From Dickeya dadantii NCPPB 898 (GTDB taxonomy: Bacteria > Pseudomonadota > Gammaproteobacteria > Enterobacterales > Enterobacteriaceae), in NCBI RefSeq assembly GCF_000406145.1, contig NZ_CM001976.1, forward strand, positions 3,997,472 to 4,029,471: a stretch of DNA of 32,000 bases, written 5' to 3'. Positions 30,925 to 32,000 of the stretch are shown here, piece by piece. Under the pieces are notes generated by a model that was not told the origin of the DNA, ran no database searches, and was given only the letters and a program-made list of their open reading frames with translations. Position 1 is the first letter of the stretch; every line of letters begins with the position of its first letter. Made by a program: the position numbers and the translations under genes.

Positions 30925-32000
30925 CGGGCACCCCTCGTAAACGCCTGCGCTTTGGTCAGGCGCGTTTCATAATCAATTCGCAACAACAACACGATAGCCG
31001 TCGACATAATCAGCAGACTGGAACCACCGTAACTGATCAGCGGCAACGTCAGCCCTTTGGTCGGCAACATGCCCGCGGCCGCGCCGACATTCACCAGCGT
31101 CTGAAAACTGAACCAGATACCGATGGAGCAGGCCAGAAAGCCCGAAAAACGCTGATCGATTTCCAGCGCCCGCCGCCCGATCGACATCGCCCGAAAAGCG
31201 ACGAAGAATATCATTAACAACGCTAAAACCACACCGATATAGCCCAGTTCCTCCCCCAGGATGGAGAAAATGAAGTCGGTATGCGCTTCCGGCAGATATT
31301 CCAGTTTCTGGATAGAATTACCGAGCCCTTGCCCCCACAGTTCGCCACGGCCAAACGCCATTAACGACTGGGTCAACTGATAGCCGCTGCCGAACGGGTC
31401 GTCCCACGGATTCCAGAACGAGGTCACGCGGCGCACGCGGTACGGTTCCGCGATAATCAACAGCGCGACGGCGAAGATGCCACAGCCGATGATCGCCAGG
31501 AACTGCCACAGTTTGGCTCCGGCCAGAAACAACATCGCCAGCGTGGTGATGAACAGCACCACCACCGTGCCGAGGTCCGGCTGAGCCAGCAGCAGTACCG
31601 CCAGCACCACCATCACGCCCATCGGCTTGCAAAAGCCCCAGAAATTGTTCCGCACTTCATCAACTTTGCGCACCATGTAGCTGGAGAGGTAACAGAACAA
31701 CGACAGCTTCGATAACTCTGCCGGCTGGATACGCAGCGGGCCGAGAGAAATCCAGCGTGACGCCCCGTTAACCGAGCTGCCCACCGCCAGCACGATCAGC
31801 AGCATCACCAGCGACGCCAGCAGCAATACCACGCTGTAACGCTGCCAGACCTCCATCGGCACTCGCATGGTGACCAGCGACAGACCGAACGCCAGCCCCA
31901 GATACAGCGCATCGCGCTTGGCGAACAGAAACGGATCGCTGGCCAGCCGCTGCCCGACCGGCATCGACGCCGAGGTCACCATCACAAAGCCGATCACCGC
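30921..32000 (-). CDS. ftsW: Peptidoglycan glycosyltransferase FtsW (SEDS family), 5'-truncated by the window edge
   Basis: The frame is open to the window end. It is polytopic with SEDS blocks ([35 protein letters not shown]) and occupies the position upstream of murG, as in the dcw cluster. Confidence 0.93.
   Translation of the reverse strand, partial: AVIGFVMVTSASMPVGQRLASDPFLFAKRDALYLGLAFGLSLVTMRVPMEVWQRYSVVLLLASLVMLLIVLAVGSSVNGASRWISLGPLRIQPAELSKLSLFCYLSSYMVRKVDEVRNNFWGFCKPMGVMVVLAVLLLAQPDLGTVVVLFITTLAMLFLAGAKLWQFLAIIGCGIFAVALLIIAEPYRVRRVTSFWNPWDDPFGSGYQLTQSLMAFGRGELWGQGLGNSIQKLEYLPEAHTDFIFSILGEELGYIGVVLALLMIFFVAFRAMSIGRRALEIDQRFSGFLACSIGIWFSFQTLVNVGAAAGMLPTKGLTLPLISYGGSSLLIMSTAIVLLLRIDYETRLTKAQAFTRGAR

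Overview
This window is a conserved enterobacterial core region with no convincing novel multi-gene system, mobile element, CRISPR array or RNA gene. It is the reverse complement of the E. coli '2-minute' chromosome segment. Gene order is lpdA-aceF-aceE-pdhR (minus strand), aroP (+), ampE-ampD (-), tsx (+), nadC (+), ppdD-hofB-hofC (+), guaC (-), coaE-zapD-yacG (+), mutT-secA-secM (-), a DUF721/DciA-like gene (+), then lpxC-ftsZ-ftsA-ftsQ-(ddlB stub)-murC-murG-ftsW (-, ftsW runs off the right edge). Protein identities come from my recollection of the E. coli orthologues plus motifs visible in the translations. The DNA is moderately GC-rich. The tsx and DUF721 insertions suggest a Pectobacteriaceae-like enteric (Dickeya/Brenneria-like), but that is inference only.

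Several departures from the E. coli layout deserve a second look:
- ddlB is reduced to a 51-codon stub between murC and ftsQ.
- A DUF721/DciA-like gene sits head-to-head with secM, 27 bp away.
- tsx is inserted between ampD and nadC.
- The SecM arrest peptide is a variant.
- There are several strong intergenic hairpins, operator-like palindromes and short in-frame tandem repeats.

The very long ORFs on the opposite strand of aceE, secA, lpdA, ftsZ and aroP are codon-aligned shadow frames, not genes.
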